The notes below the pieces were generated by a model. It had not been told where the DNA came from, did not search any database, and saw only the letters and a program-made list of their open reading frames with translations. Position numbers and translations under genes: made by a program. Source: an uncultured Spirochaetota bacterium (GTDB lineage: Bacteria; Spirochaetota; Spirochaetia; SZUA-6; Fen-1364). From it: a DNA stretch of 64,000 bases. Below are positions 38,915 to 50,720 of this stretch, one piece after another. Each line of letters begins with the position of its first letter. Within the stretch, counting starts at the first letter, position 1. The stretch covers positions 320,001-384,000 of the forward strand of contig CAWAHW010000001.1 in the NCBI GenBank assembly GCA_963781885.1. The letters run 5' to 3'.

Positions 38915-40789
38915 ATGCACATCGATGGTCCGTGGTTCAAGGATGATGAGGGCCGCACGCGCATCCTGCGGGGCGTCAACCTCGGGGGAAACTGCAAGAC
39001 GCCGGCACGGCCGGACGGCGCCACGTGGAAGAAGGACGGGTTCTTCGACTACAAGAACGTCTCCTTCGTGGGCCGCCCCTTTCCCCTTGCCGAGGCCGAC
39101 GAGCACTTCCGACGGTTGAAAGAATGGGGGCTGCGTTTCGAGCGCTTCCTGGTGACCTGGGAGGCTATCGAGCACGAAGGCCCCGGGCTGTACGACGATG
39201 AGTACCTGGACTACGTGCGCGCCGTGCTGGAGAAGGCGGCCGGCTACGGCATCGAGGTATGCATCGATCCCCACCAGGACGTGTGGAGCAGGTGGACCGG
39301 TGGAGACGGCGCGCCGGCGTGGAGCATGGAGCTCGTCGGCATGGACATCCGCCGGATGCACGAGGTGGGCGCCGCCTTTGTTCACAACGTTCACGGCGAC
39401 CCCTACCCGCACATGGTGTGGGACAGCAACAACTACCGTTTCGGCACGTGCACGATGTTCACGCTGTTCTTCGGCGGCAATGACTTCGCCCCGCAACGGA
39501 CCATTGACGGCGAGCCGGTGCAGGAGTACCTGCAGCGGCGTTATATCGATGCCATAAAGAGGCTGGCGGCGAAACTGAAAGGGCTTCCCAATGTCGTGGG
39601 GTACGGCAGCCTCAACGAGCCGCAATGCGGCTACATCGAGTTCGCCGACCTGGTCACGACCCGCGAGTACCGATTCATCGGCGAGGCGGCCTTGAGCCCC
39701 CTGGATGCGATGGCCGCGGCCTGCGGCTATCCGCGCGACGCCTGGCGCTACCAGCTGAAGATCACGGGGTCCAAGCGGCTGAATCGGGTCCGTGTGAACC
39801 CGAATGGCCTCCGGCTGTGGAAGGACGGCTACGACTGCGTGTGGAAGGAGCACGGCGTCTGGAGCGATGAGGGAGGCGTGCCGCGCATCCTCCGGCCTGA
39901 CTACTTCACGCACGTGAAAGGACGGAAAGTCAGCTTTGTCAACGACTACCTGAAACCATTCATCGCGCGATTCGCCCGGGAGATCCGAACCGTGAGCCCC
40001 CGCGCCTTTGTCTTTATCGAAGCAATACCCGGCAAGCAGTTCCCGTCCTTTGCACCGGGAGAGGTGCCGGACCTGGTGAATGCAAGTCACTGGTACGACG
40101 TGCTCATGGTGTACCGGAACAAGTTCAGTCTCTGGTACGGCGCCGATGTCTACAGGGAAAAGCTCGTGATCGGCAAAAAGAGGGTTGCCCGTTCCTTCAT
40201 CGACCAGATACGTCATATCGTGGATTTCAGTCGAGACGACATGTGTGGCGGGCCTACCCTGATAGGGGAGTTCGGGCTCATGTACAAGCTCTATGACGGC
40301 AAGGCCTATCGGACGGGCAACTACACAAAGCACCTCCAGGCCCTGGACGCATACTATCGGGCGCTGGATGCCAATCTCGTGGGTGGCACGATCTGGAATT
40401 ATGCCGCGGACAACCGCAATCTCCATGGCGACAACTGGAACGAAGAGGACAACTCGATTTTCTCCCGCGACCAGCAGGATGACCCGGGCGACATCAATTC
40501 CGGCGGACGGGCCATCGGTGGATTCTGCAGGCCCTATGCGGTGCGGACCGCCGGCACGCCGTTGTCCATGAGCTTTGATTCCAGGAAGAGGATATTCCGC
40601 TACAGCTTCAGACCGGATGAGCGCGTTTCCGCGCCGACGGAGATCTACATGCCACGGTATCAATTCCCGAAGGGATTCAACGTGGATCTTTCGGGGGGAA
40701 GCTTCTCCGTGGATGAGGCAGAGCAGATGCTCATGATCAAGGCCCAATCGCGGGACACGGTGACGGTTGTCGTCACGGCAAAATCATAG
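38915..40789 (+). CDS. GH5 glycosidase, glucosylceramidase/steryl-glucosidase (EGCrP)-like
   Basis: LRGVNLGG, TWEAIEH, IDPHQDVWSR, NEP (acid/base), IGEFG (nucleophile), RPYA; SD GAGGAGG. Confidence 0.85.
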   Translation: MHIDGPWFKDDEGRTRILRGVNLGGNCKTPARPDGATWKKDGFFDYKNVSFVGRPFPLAEADEHFRRLKEWGLRFERFLVTWEAIEHEGPGLYDDEYLDYVRAVLEKAAGYGIEVCIDPHQDVWSRWTGGDGAPAWSMELVGMDIRRMHEVGAAFVHNVHGDPYPHMVWDSNNYRFGTCTMFTLFFGGNDFAPQRTIDGEPVQEYLQRRYIDAIKRLAAKLKGLPNVVGYGSLNEPQCGYIEFADLVTTREYRFIGEAALSPLDAMAAACGYPRDAWRYQLKITGSKRLNRVRVNPNGLRLWKDGYDCVWKEHGVWSDEGGVPRILRPDYFTHVKGRKVSFVNDYLKPFIARFAREIRTVSPRAFVFIEAIPGKQFPSFAPGEVPDLVNASHWYDVLMVYRNKFSLWYGADVYREKLVIGKKRVARSFIDQIRHIVDFSRDDMCGGPTLIGEFGLMYKLYDGKAYRTGNYTKHLQALDAYYRALDANLVGGTIWNYAADNRNLHGDNWNEEDNSIFSRDQQDDPGDINSGGRAIGGFCRPYAVRTAGTPLSMSFDSRKRIFRYSFRPDERVSAPTEIYMPRYQFPKGFNVDLSGGSFSVDEAEQMLMIKAQSRDTVTVVVTAKS

Positions 40790-40871
40790 CCCGGGGGAGG
40801 GCCGAACCCGATCTGACGAATCAACTTGACGGCTGCCGGTTCGACCATTAGGCTTTGCAGGGATAGTCCCC

Positions 40872-41372
40872 ATGGCAAAAAAGAAGGGCACAAAAAAAAC
40901 GACAGCCGCATCCGGCGCCCCGCGGCAGGCCGGCCTCCGCGAGGTCACGGTCGGCCGGATGATCAAGATCGCGTATTCGGCCGTCCACAAGGAGCACGAG
41001 GTCTTCGTCCGCGCCGCCGGGATCACCGTCCCTCAATGGCAGGCCCTCATGGCTCTCAGCCGTCGGCAGGGGATCACGACCTCGGAGCTCGTCGAGCAGC
41101 TGGGGGTCGAGGCTCCCACGGTCACCAGTCTCCTCAACGGCATGGAGCGCAAGGGGCTCGTGACGCGCGCGAAGTCGGCGAAGGATGCCCGGGTGCGGAT
41201 GCTCTCCCTCACTCCCCGCGGCAAGCGCCTCATCGACGGGATGCACGAGGCGATGGTCTCCATCGACGCGCGGATCGCGGCCGTCCTCGGCGCGCGTGAC
41301 CGCGCGCAGCTGAAACGCCTCCTGCTGGCGGTGGTCGAGGCCCTGCACGAAGGGAAGAGATTTTCCGTTTGA
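40872..41372 (+). CDS. MarR family transcriptional regulator
   Basis: GITVPQW, TVTSLLNGMERKGLV, DARVRMLSLTPRG. Confidence 0.92.
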   Translation: MAKKKGTKKTTAASGAPRQAGLREVTVGRMIKIAYSAVHKEHEVFVRAAGITVPQWQALMALSRRQGITTSELVEQLGVEAPTVTSLLNGMERKGLVTRAKSAKDARVRMLSLTPRGKRLIDGMHEAMVSIDARIAAVLGARDRAQLKRLLLAVVEALHEGKRFSV

Positions 41373-41460
41373 CTTTTAGTTTGAACTCTAAGTAAATTGA
41401 CGGGGTTCCGGACCTTGCTTAGGACACTAGGTGAGTTTCCGGGGAAATGGAGAACCCCGC

Positions 41461-42899
41461 ATGCACCAGGCTTCCGCATCGCTTCCCCTTCCCTCGCCGC
41501 GCGGACGGTGGTGGGCGCTCATCGGCGCCTCCCTTGCCGTGTTCATGGCCGCCCTGGACAGCACCGTCGTGAATGTCGCCCTCCCCGTCATGGCCGGGGC
41601 TTTCCACGTCACGAGCGGCATCCGCTGGGTGTCCTTGAGCTACCTGCTTCCCACCACGGCGCTCCTGGGCACCTTCGGCGCGCTTTCCGACGTCGTGGGC
41701 CGAAAGCGCATCACCCTGCTGGGGATCGGCATATTCGTCGTCGGCAGCGCCCTTTGCGGAACGGCGCAGACCCTCCCGCAGATGATCCTTTACCGTATCC
41801 TCCAGGGCATCGGCGGCGCCTGCATCGGGTCGGCCATCATTGCCATCGCCACTGTCAATTTCGCCCCCGAAGAGCGCGGAAAGGCAATGTCCATCGTGGG
41901 CTTGATCGCCCCCCTGGGCGCGGTTCCGGGCCGAGCATCGGCGGCCTGATCCTGGGCGCGTTCGGCTGGCCCGGGATATTCTATGTCAACGTCCCCTTCG
42001 GGATCATCTCTTTCCTCATCTGCCTGCGCTTCCTTCCCGCGGAATCACGGAAGCCCGCAGTGGCTTTCGACGGCGCAGGTGCCGCGATGTTCACCGCCGC
42101 GCTCGTGCTTCTCCTCCTCGGGCTTTCACCCGCTGCCGGGCGGCTCACGAGGACCGATTTCATCCTGCTTGCCGGCTTCGTGGCCGTGGCCGTGACCCTG
42201 GTCGTCATCGAGCGCAAGGCCGCCGCCGCCCTCCTCCCGCCTTCCCTGGTGCGCCGCGCCCGTTTTTCTCTCCCTCTCCTGGGATTCATGGCCTCGGCGA
42301 GCGCGATGGCGGGGATTGCTTTCATCCTGCCCTTCTTTCTCGAAGTGACGCTCAAGCTCGGTCCCGAGAAGGCAGGGCTGACACTGCTCTTCTTCCCTCT
42401 CGGGATGGCGGCCGCCTCCCAGATCGCCGGCCGGTTGACGGACAGATTCGATCCGAAGCTGCCCGCGGCGGCGGGAGCAGCCTTGAACCTGCTGGGCATC
42501 GTGCTGATGATCCCGCTCTCCAGCTCCTGGAGCATTCCCGCGGTCGCGCTGCGGCTGGCCGTCAGCGGGCTGGGCATGGGCTTCTTCATCACGCCGAGCA
42601 CGGTGGCCATCATGGCGGCGACGCCGCGCGAGCACGTCGGGGTGGGAAGCGCGTTGGTGAACACGGCCCGCTATCTCGGGTTCGCGCTCGGCCCCGTGTT
42701 CGTCTCCCTGTTCTGGAGCCCGGGCATGAGCGAGCCGGCGAACCATACCGCGGCGCGTCTTGTGGTGATCGTGCTCGCGGCGATACAGGCAGCGGCCCTG
42801 GCGAGCGTCTTCAGCTATCGTGCCGAGCGTGCGGAGCGCGGCGTACGGCCCAATGCGGAAACGCCCGAAGCGCAGGTGGACACGGGGCTCTCAGCGTGA
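41461..42899 (+). CDS. MFS efflux transporter, DHA2 type (frameshift near 41925)
   Basis: FMAALDSTVVNVALP, GALSDVVGRKR, ERGKAM, then after a frame change GPSIGGLI..WPGIFYVNVPFG. Confidence 0.88.
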
Positions 42900-42927
42900 G
42901 GGGTCCGGCGCCATTGGCACCTCCCTT

Positions 42928-44361
42928 CTAGAGAAAGAGCTCGACGAGCTGCGAAACGGTGAGCCGCTCAAGACGCCCCCGGTCCAGGAATAGCGCCACG
43001 ATCTCCTCCACCCGCGCGGGCGGGAGCTGGCCGGAGAGGTTCTTCCGCAACTTGTCGAAAAGAAGCGGCACCGCCTTGGCGCGCCTCTGGCGATGACCGA
43101 TCGGATATTCCACCGCAACCTCCGGCGTCGAGCTTCCGTCTTGGAAGAATACCTGGAGGCAGCTTGCGATCGAGCGCTTTCCCGGGTCGAGGTAATCGGC
43201 CGAATACCGGCGGTCTTCTTCCAGCTCCATGAGGCTTCGGAGCCTGTCGATGCGCGGGTCACGGGCGGCTTCATCTTCGTAGTCTTCCGCCCTCAGGCGG
43301 CCGGTGATCAGCGCAACGGCCACCGCGTACTGCATGCAGTGGTCCCGATCGGCAGGGTTGTGGAGCGGCCCGCGCTTGTCGATGATGCGCAGGGCGGACT
43401 CATGCGTGCGGATGCGGATCCGCTGAATCCGGTCCAACCTGTCCTTCACCGCGGGATGGAGGCTCAGGCCTGCCTCCACGGCCGTCTGCGCGTGAAACTC
43501 GGCGGGGAACGAGACTTTGAAAAGGATATTCTCAGCCACGTACGACCCCAGCGGCCTTCCCAGGCGCAGCGGATTGCCGCCGAACACCGCGTCCTGGAAT
43601 CCCCACAGTGCAGCAGTGAGCGCCGTGGCATAGCCCTGCTCGCCCGCAACGCCCATGAGGGCAAGACGCACGCCACGCGCCGTGGCGTCTCCTGCCGCCC
43701 AGGACTTGCGCGCGCCCGTGTTGGGCGCGTGTCGATAGGTTCGAAGCGGCCCGAGGTCTATCCATGCATTGGACAGCACGTCCACGATCTGTTTTTCGTT
43801 TGCACCCATGAGTCGGGCCGCCGTGGCGGCCGTGGCGATCTTCACCAGGATCACGTGGTCGAGCCCCACCCGGTTGAACGAGTTCTCCAGCGCCAGGATG
43901 CCCTGTATCTCGTAGGCCTTTATCTGGGATTCCAACAGCCCGCGGACCGTCACGGCTTCCCGTAGGCCCGGCCTCCGGCTCAGCCAGTCCGCGACGGCAA
44001 GCAGCCCTCCGAGATTGTCCGAAGGATGGCCCCATTCGGCGGCGAGCCAGGTATCGTTGTAATCCAGCCACCGGATCATGGAGCCGATGTTGAAGGCCGC
44101 CTGCACCGGGTCAAGCTCGAATCGGGTGCCCGGCACCCGGGCGCCGGACGACATCAGCGCGCCCTCCACGACCGGCCCGAGCCGACGCAGACACTCGGGG
44201 AAGCTCAGCGCGAGCATGGCGCAGCCCAGACTGTCGGCAAGACTCCAGGAGGCTGCGTCGAAAGCAGGCTCGCTCTCAATGCGCGCCTCGGCGACGTAGG
44301 CGGCTATTTCCTGGAGGAGCGCGTCAGGCGCGGCCTCCTCTGACGCCGGGACCGGGCTCAT
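42928..44361 (-). CDS. prpD: 2-methylcitrate dehydratase
   Basis: RWLDYNDTWLAAEWGHPSDN, YRHAPNTGARKSWAAGDA, FKVSFPAEFHAQT. Confidence 0.95.
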   Translation of the reverse strand: MSPVPASEEAAPDALLQEIAAYVAEARIESEPAFDAASWSLADSLGCAMLALSFPECLRRLGPVVEGALMSSGARVPGTRFELDPVQAAFNIGSMIRWLDYNDTWLAAEWGHPSDNLGGLLAVADWLSRRPGLREAVTVRGLLESQIKAYEIQGILALENSFNRVGLDHVILVKIATAATAARLMGANEKQIVDVLSNAWIDLGPLRTYRHAPNTGARKSWAAGDATARGVRLALMGVAGEQGYATALTAALWGFQDAVFGGNPLRLGRPLGSYVAENILFKVSFPAEFHAQTAVEAGLSLHPAVKDRLDRIQRIRIRTHESALRIIDKRGPLHNPADRDHCMQYAVAVALITGRLRAEDYEDEAARDPRIDRLRSLMELEEDRRYSADYLDPGKRSIASCLQVFFQDGSSTPEVAVEYPIGHRQRRAKAVPLLFDKLRKNLSGQLPPARVEEIVALFLDRGRLERLTVSQLVELFL

Positions 44362-45509
44362 CGCCTTTCATCCGGCACGAGCGGCACGTAGTCCCGCGGC
44401 CCGGAGCCGGTATAGCGGCTGATCGGACGGATGAGCTTGTTGTTCGACCTCTGCTCCATGATGTGCGCCATCCACCCACTGATGCGTGCAAGGACGAAAA
44501 GCGGCGTATACAGCTGCATGGGGATGCCGCAGAACCGGTAGGCGAGCGCACTGTAGAAATCAAGGTTCGGGAAAAGCTTCTTCTCTTCCCGCATGACCTG
44601 CTCGATGCGTTCCGCCACCGCGAGCAGGCGCTTCTGCTCGTCGTTCACGGCAAGCCGCGCGGCCCACGGCTTGATCACGACGGAGCGCGGGTCGGAGACC
44701 GTATAGATGCGGTGGCCGAAGCCCATGATCTTCTCTTTCTTCCGGAGTCGGGACCTGATGCCCGCCTCCGCCTCGGCAGGGTCGGCGTATGCCTCGATCA
44801 GCTTCATCGCTTCCTCGTTGGCACCTCCGTGCAGGGGCCCCGCGAGAGCGCCGATGGCACCTGCCACGGCGGAATGGACGTCGGAAAGCGTGCTCGTGAT
44901 GACGCGCGCGGCGAATGTCGAGGCGTTGAACTCGTGCTCGGCGTAAAGGATGAGAGAGACGTCCAGACAGCGGCGGAGCATCTCTGGTGCGGGCGTGCGA
45001 TGCAGCGCGCCCAGAAAGTAGCCGGCGAGCGTTTCCTCATCGCCCCCCAACTCCTTGCCTTCGCGCTGCAGCACGATGGAGGGAAGCACGGCGACCAACC
45101 GGTCGGCCACGTCGAAAGGCTCCGCGCCCCTGCGCTCGGGCTCGATGTTGCCCAACAGGGAGACACCCGTCCGCAGGATGCCCATCATGCTGTCGCCGGG
45201 GGGAATCTGGGCAAGAAGCCGGGAAAGCTCCGGCGGCAGGCGCCGCAGCTGCCGCAGCCTGTTTCGATAACCCGAAAGCTCGGCAGGTGTGGGCAGCTCC
45301 CCCCGCAGGAGAAGCCATGCCACCTCCTCGAAGCTTGCGTGCGCGGCCAGGTCCTCTATGGAATAGCCGCGGTAGCTCAAGCCGTAGCCTTCGATGCCGA
45401 CGGTGCAAATGGCGGAGTCTGCGGCGACGATGCCCGCCAGGCCGCCGACCTTTTTCACCTGTGCGAACTTCCGGTCCAGCTCGGCAGTATTGGCCTCATA
45501 ATCAGCCAT
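44358..45509 (-). CDS. prpC: 2-methylcitrate synthase
   Basis: [35 protein letters not shown]; lies between prpB and prpD. Confidence 0.92.
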   Translation of the reverse strand: MADYEANTAELDRKFAQVKKVGGLAGIVAADSAICTVGIEGYGLSYRGYSIEDLAAHASFEEVAWLLLRGELPTPAELSGYRNRLRQLRRLPPELSRLLAQIPPGDSMMGILRTGVSLLGNIEPERRGAEPFDVADRLVAVLPSIVLQREGKELGGDEETLAGYFLGALHRTPAPEMLRRCLDVSLILYAEHEFNASTFAARVITSTLSDVHSAVAGAIGALAGPLHGGANEEAMKLIEAYADPAEAEAGIRSRLRKKEKIMGFGHRIYTVSDPRSVVIKPWAARLAVNDEQKRLLAVAERIEQVMREEKKLFPNLDFYSALAYRFCGIPMQLYTPLFVLARISGWMAHIMEQRSNNKLIRPISRYTGSGPRDYVPLVPDERR

Positions 45510-46377
45510 GCTTCTGCCTCCGTTCCTTCTCCTCGTACCCGAGCAGCTCATAGAGCTCGGCCCGGGTCTGCATCTCGGACAGGACGCCTGCCTGCGTCCC
45601 CTGCCTGCGTATCTCGGAGAGCACGCGCTGGGCCGCACGGTTCATCGCCCGGCTGGCGGAGAGCGGGTACAGCGCCATGTCCACCCCTGCCGAGGCGAGC
45701 TCCGCCGTCGTGAACGCCGGCGTGAGTCCGAACTCGGTGAGGTTTGCAAGAAGGGGAAGCCCCGCGGCTCTCTTGAAAGCCTGATACTGTTCGAGGCTTG
45801 CCAGGGCTTCCGGGAACAGCATGTCGGCACCTGCCGCGGCGTATGCCGCTGCCCGGTCCAGGGCAGATTCCATCCCCTCCCCGGCAACCGCATCCGTGCG
45901 CGCCATGATGACGAAGCCAGGATCCGTCCGCGCATCCACGGCCGCGTGGATCCTGTCCACCATCTCCTGCCGGCTCACCAGGGCCTTGCCGGGCCGGTGG
46001 CCGCAGCGCTTGTCGCTCACCTGGTCTTCCATGTGGACCGCGGCGACTCCGGCGCGGATCATCTCGCGTATGGTGCGGCCGATCATGAGCTCGGCGCCGA
46101 AACCCGTGTCGACGTCCGCCAGCAGCGGCAGGTCCACCGCGCCGGTGATCCGCCGCGCATCCTCCAGGACATTGTCCAGGGTGGTCACGCCGAGATCGGG
46201 CAGGCCGAAGGAGAGGTTTGCGACGCCGGCGCCCGAGAGGTAGATCGCCCGGTAACCGACCCGTGCCGCCATGAGCGCGACGAAAGCGTTGGGGGTGCCC
46301 GCGATCTGCAGCGGTCTTTCCTCGGTCAAGGCCCGGCGGAACCTGTCCCCCGGGCCGGCAGGTGGTACTTTGTTCAT
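45502..46377 (-). CDS. prpB: 2-methylisocitrate lyase
   Basis: [38 protein letters not shown]. Confidence 0.95.
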   Translation of the reverse strand: MNKVPPAGPGDRFRRALTEERPLQIAGTPNAFVALMAARVGYRAIYLSGAGVANLSFGLPDLGVTTLDNVLEDARRITGAVDLPLLADVDTGFGAELMIGRTIREMIRAGVAAVHMEDQVSDKRCGHRPGKALVSRQEMVDRIHAAVDARTDPGFVIMARTDAVAGEGMESALDRAAAYAAAGADMLFPEALASLEQYQAFKRAAGLPLLANLTEFGLTPAFTTAELASAGVDMALYPLSASRAMNRAAQRVLSEIRRQGTQAGVLSEMQTRAELYELLGYEEKERRQKHG

Positions 46378-46484
46378 AGCCGATCACTCCTCCATCCGCA
46401 ATGTAGATATAGTGATTCGGCGCGCTGTTTCCAACAGGAATTGAGCGGCAAACGGGGCCGCGAATGTCGCCAGGAGCGACCGCG

Positions 46485-48119
46485 CTAGATTTCCGCCGCG
46501 ACGTGGCCGTGGTAATACCTGTCCCGCAGCTCGGTGATCGCGCCGTCGTGAAGGTAGTCGTCGAATCGCATGGCGCGATCGATCACGCCCCCGGGGCAGA
46601 TCTCGATGATGCGGGTGGCGATGGAGGTGACGAACTCGTGGTCGTGGCTGGCGAACAGGAGGACGCCGCCGAAATCGACCAGGCCCTCATCGAGCGACTC
46701 GATGGCTTCCAGGTCGAGGTGATTGGTCGGCTCGTCGAGGATCAGGCAGTTGGCGGCCGACAGCATGAGCCGCGCGAGCATGCAGCGCACGCGCTCTCCG
46801 CCGGAGAGCACGCGCACGGGTTTCAGACCCTCATCGCCGGAGAAGAGCATGCGCCCGAGGAAGGAGCGGACGAATGTCTCGTCATCCGTGGGACTGTACT
46901 GCGCGAGCCACTGGACGAGCGGCAGGTCGGATTCGAAGAGGCGCGCGTTCTCCTTGGGAAAATAGGACCATGCGATGGTCTGGCCCCAGGTGAAGGAGCC
47001 GGTGTCGGGCGCGATCTCGCCGGTGAGTATGCGGAAAAGCGCCGTCTTTGCCAGGTGCTCCTTCCCCACGAATGCGATCTTGTCGCCGCGTCGCACCGTG
47101 AGGTCGAAACCGTCCAGCACGGGCCTGCCCTCCAGCTTCTTGGACAGGCCCGTGACCTCCAGGACCACGTTTCCCACCTCCCGTGCCGGCTTGAAGCCGA
47201 CGTAGGGGAAACGCCGGCTGGATGCCACGTAATCATCGACGTCGATCTTTTCCAGGATCTTCTTCCGCGACGTGGCCTGCCTGCTCTTGGACACGTTGGC
47301 GGCGAAGCGGTGGATGAACTCCTTCAGGTCCTTCACCTTCTCCTCGCGGCGCTTCTTCTCGTCCTTCTGCTGCTGCGCGAGGATCTTGTTGATGCGGAAC
47401 CAGAAGTCGTAGTTGCCCGCGTACATGCGCACCCGACCGAAGTCGATGTCGCAGGTATGCGTGCAGACGGCGTTCAGGAAATGCCGGTCGTGCGACACGA
47501 CGAGCACGATGTTGGGGAAGTCGATGAGGAAATCCTCCAGCCACGAGATGGAGGCGAGGTCCAGGCCGTTCGTGGGCTCGTCGAGGAGCAGGATGTCGGG
47601 ATTGCCGAATAGGGCCTGCGCCAGGAGCACGCGGACCTTCACCCCTTCGTCGACGTCCCGCATGAGCTTCGCGTGAAAGACCTCCGGTGTGCCCAGACCG
47701 GCCAGCAGCGTCGCGGCCTGTGCGTCCGCCTCCCATCCGCCCAGCTCGGCGTATTCCGCTTCCAGCTCGCTTGCGCGCATGCCGTCGGCCTCGGTGAAAT
47801 CGCTCTTGGCGTAGAGGGCTTCCCTTTCCCTGCCCACGGCGTGCAGGCGCGGTGAGCCCATGATGACCGTGTCCAGCACGCGGTGATCCTCAAAAGCGAA
47901 ATGGTCCTGGCTCAGGACGGACAGGCGCTTTCCCGCCCCGAGGACAATATCCCCCGTGTCCTGTTCCAGCTCGCCGGAGAGGATCTTCAGGAACGATGAC
48001 TTGCCGGAGCCGTTGGCACCGATGATGCCATAGCAATTGCCGGGCGTGAACTTCAGATTCACATCCTTGAACAGGATGCGATTGGCGAAGGAGAGCGTGA
48101 GGTTGGCGACGGTGATCAT
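46485..48119 (-). CDS. ABC-F family ATPase (YbiT-like)
   Basis: GANGSGKS, LLLDEPTN, SHDR, LSGGE, LDEPTNHLD; no TM domain. Confidence 0.92.
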   Translation of the reverse strand: MITVANLTLSFANRILFKDVNLKFTPGNCYGIIGANGSGKSSFLKILSGELEQDTGDIVLGAGKRLSVLSQDHFAFEDHRVLDTVIMGSPRLHAVGREREALYAKSDFTEADGMRASELEAEYAELGGWEADAQAATLLAGLGTPEVFHAKLMRDVDEGVKVRVLLAQALFGNPDILLLDEPTNGLDLASISWLEDFLIDFPNIVLVVSHDRHFLNAVCTHTCDIDFGRVRMYAGNYDFWFRINKILAQQQKDEKKRREEKVKDLKEFIHRFAANVSKSRQATSRKKILEKIDVDDYVASSRRFPYVGFKPAREVGNVVLEVTGLSKKLEGRPVLDGFDLTVRRGDKIAFVGKEHLAKTALFRILTGEIAPDTGSFTWGQTIAWSYFPKENARLFESDLPLVQWLAQYSPTDDETFVRSFLGRMLFSGDEGLKPVRVLSGGERVRCMLARLMLSAANCLILDEPTNHLDLEAIESLDEGLVDFGGVLLFASHDHEFVTSIATRIIEICPGGVIDRAMRFDDYLHDGAITELRDRYYHGHVAAEI

Positions 48120-48192
48120 GGACCCATCGTTCTGGCAGAATTGCAGAGGCAATGCAAGGGGGTGCCCTGACGGGCCGCTCCCCCGTGACGGC

Positions 48193-48579
48193 TCAAAACG
48201 GCGGCAGGGGCTCCAGCAGCCAGGAAATGGCGAGGTCGCGCTTGTCGAAGACCTTCAGCAGAAAGCCCCGGTTGCGCATGAACGCCTCGATGAATGTCTT
48301 GCGAATGGAATGGGGACCGGGCAGGAGAACCGCGCAGCGCGCCTGCGGCGGCGTGCGAAATTGGCCGGCATTCTGCGGCATCATCCACAGGTCCGCAAAA
48401 CGGTATCGCAGCGTGGCATCGCGATGGTCGATGAGGTAGCGGACGCATGCATGCTTTTGCCCTTCCTCGATAGTTTGCCGGATCACATCCGGCCACGCCG
48501 CGATGGGGAGTATTCCCACGGTCCGTACGATGAGAATCTGCGGTTCGGAAAGGAACGTGATGTCTGCCTGGTAGCTCAT
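48193..48579 (-). CDS. Hypothetical protein, possibly SpoIIAA/STAS-like fold
   Basis: 128 aa ORF between ABC-F and nth; YLIDHR and C-terminal F...AISWL pattern. Confidence 0.55.
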   Translation of the reverse strand: MSYQADITFLSEPQILIVRTVGILPIAAWPDVIRQTIEEGQKHACVRYLIDHRDATLRYRFADLWMMPQNAGQFRTPPQARCAVLLPGPHSIRKTFIEAFMRNRGFLLKVFDKRDLAISWLLEPLPPF

Positions 48580-48629
48580 GCTCGATCACCGAGGGGCCGT
48601 GCGGCGTGGCCGCGCGCCCCGAGGGGTTG

Positions 48630-49265
48630 TCAGACAGAAGAAAGCGTCTTGGTGTATTCGCAAACGTCTCTCATCGGGCACTCGGGGCAGTGGGGTTTTG
48701 TGGGTCGGCAGATCTCCCTGCCGAGATAGCTCAGGGACATGCCCAGCGCGTGCCAGTCTTTTGCGTCGACCTTCTCCATCAGTTGCTTTTCGACCTTGTC
48801 CGGCACCTTTCCCTGCGCCAGCCCAATGCGGGGGGCGACGCGCAGCGTGTGAAGGTCCACGATGACGCCCTCGGCGGGAACGCCTGCCTGGCTCATGATG
48901 ACGTTCGCGGACTTGCGTCCGACGCCCTTGAGGGCAACGAGCCCTTCCATGGTGAGGGGGATCGCCGCATCGGTCTTCACCGTCCGGGCGATCTCCATCA
49001 ACGATCCCGTCTTGATTTTGGCACTGGGGACGCCGGGAAGAAGCGCAAGGATCTCATCGAAGCCCGCCTTTGCCAGCGCGGCCATCGTGGGAAACTTCGC
49101 GAAGAAATCGGGTGAGATCTTGTTGATATGCCTGTCGGAGTCCCGGGCCGACAACACGACCACCACGATGAGCTGGTAGTTGTTTGCGTAGTCCAGCGGA
49201 TGCCTGCGCCCCCGGTAGTTTTGCATCAGGGGTTTCAGGGCAGCTTTCCAATCGACGTTCGCCAT
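48630..49265 (-). CDS. nth: Endonuclease III
   Basis: HhH LKGVGRKSANV, VDLH, 4Fe-4S motif CRPTKPHCPECPMRDVC. Confidence 0.93.
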   Translation of the reverse strand: MANVDWKAALKPLMQNYRGRRHPLDYANNYQLIVVVVLSARDSDRHINKISPDFFAKFPTMAALAKAGFDEILALLPGVPSAKIKTGSLMEIARTVKTDAAIPLTMEGLVALKGVGRKSANVIMSQAGVPAEGVIVDLHTLRVAPRIGLAQGKVPDKVEKQLMEKVDAKDWHALGMSLSYLGREICRPTKPHCPECPMRDVCEYTKTLSSV

Positions 49266-49337
49266 GGCGGAACCTCCGGGCGCGATCTCTGGGAACCCTC
49301 CCCAATGTCGTCATGCGGGCTTTCCCCGGTCAACTCC

Positions 49338-49366
49338 AAGAAAAAGCCCCGCGTTCGGCGGGGCTT
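49338..49366 (-). terminator. Rho-independent terminator of gap
   Basis: AAGCCCCGC-GTTCG-GCGGGGCTT hairpin with an A-tract on its left (U-tract on the minus strand). Confidence 0.8.
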
Positions 49367-49391
49367 CGTGATTCATCCGGGAGTCGATCCC

Positions 49392-50473
<1,082 letters not shown>

Positions 50474-50554
50474 CTATTGGTCGTATCGGCCGTCATGGCC
50501 GTCGTTGCCGTGCGTGAGGCGGCGTCGCGCGGCGCCTGGATACACGGCGCACCG

Positions 50555-50720
50555 CGGCGTCCTAAGGCCGCAAGCTCGCGGCTGGCCTACGGGCTCGCTT
50601 CCAGCGGCTCTCGCCGTTTCTTCGAAACGGCTGCCGCCCTCCGCGCGGCGTACCGCGCTACGCATCCCTGGCCTCGCTCGCCCTCGGCGTCCTAAGCCGC
50701 ATGTTCGCGGCTGGCCTACG
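50555..50720. repeat. Imperfect 37/36-bp direct repeat flanking a 93-bp multi-hairpin core (REP/MITE-like)
   Basis: CGGCGTCCTAAGGCCGCAAGCTCGCGGCTGGCCTACG (50555-50591) versus CGGCGTCCTAA-GCCGCATGTTCGCGGCTGGCCTACG (50685-50720). Confidence 0.8.

Noticed and set aside
38879-40747. 622-aa antisense ORF over GH5, and similar shadows elsewhere (e.g. 53187..54749, 46464..47612)
   Set aside because: Each fully overlaps a well-supported gene on the opposite strand.
50555-50720. Possible minimal CRISPR array (two roughly 37-bp hairpin repeats)
   Set aside because: Only two imperfect units, a 93-bp structured spacer, no cas genes and no AT-rich leader. Kept as a REP/MITE-like repeat.
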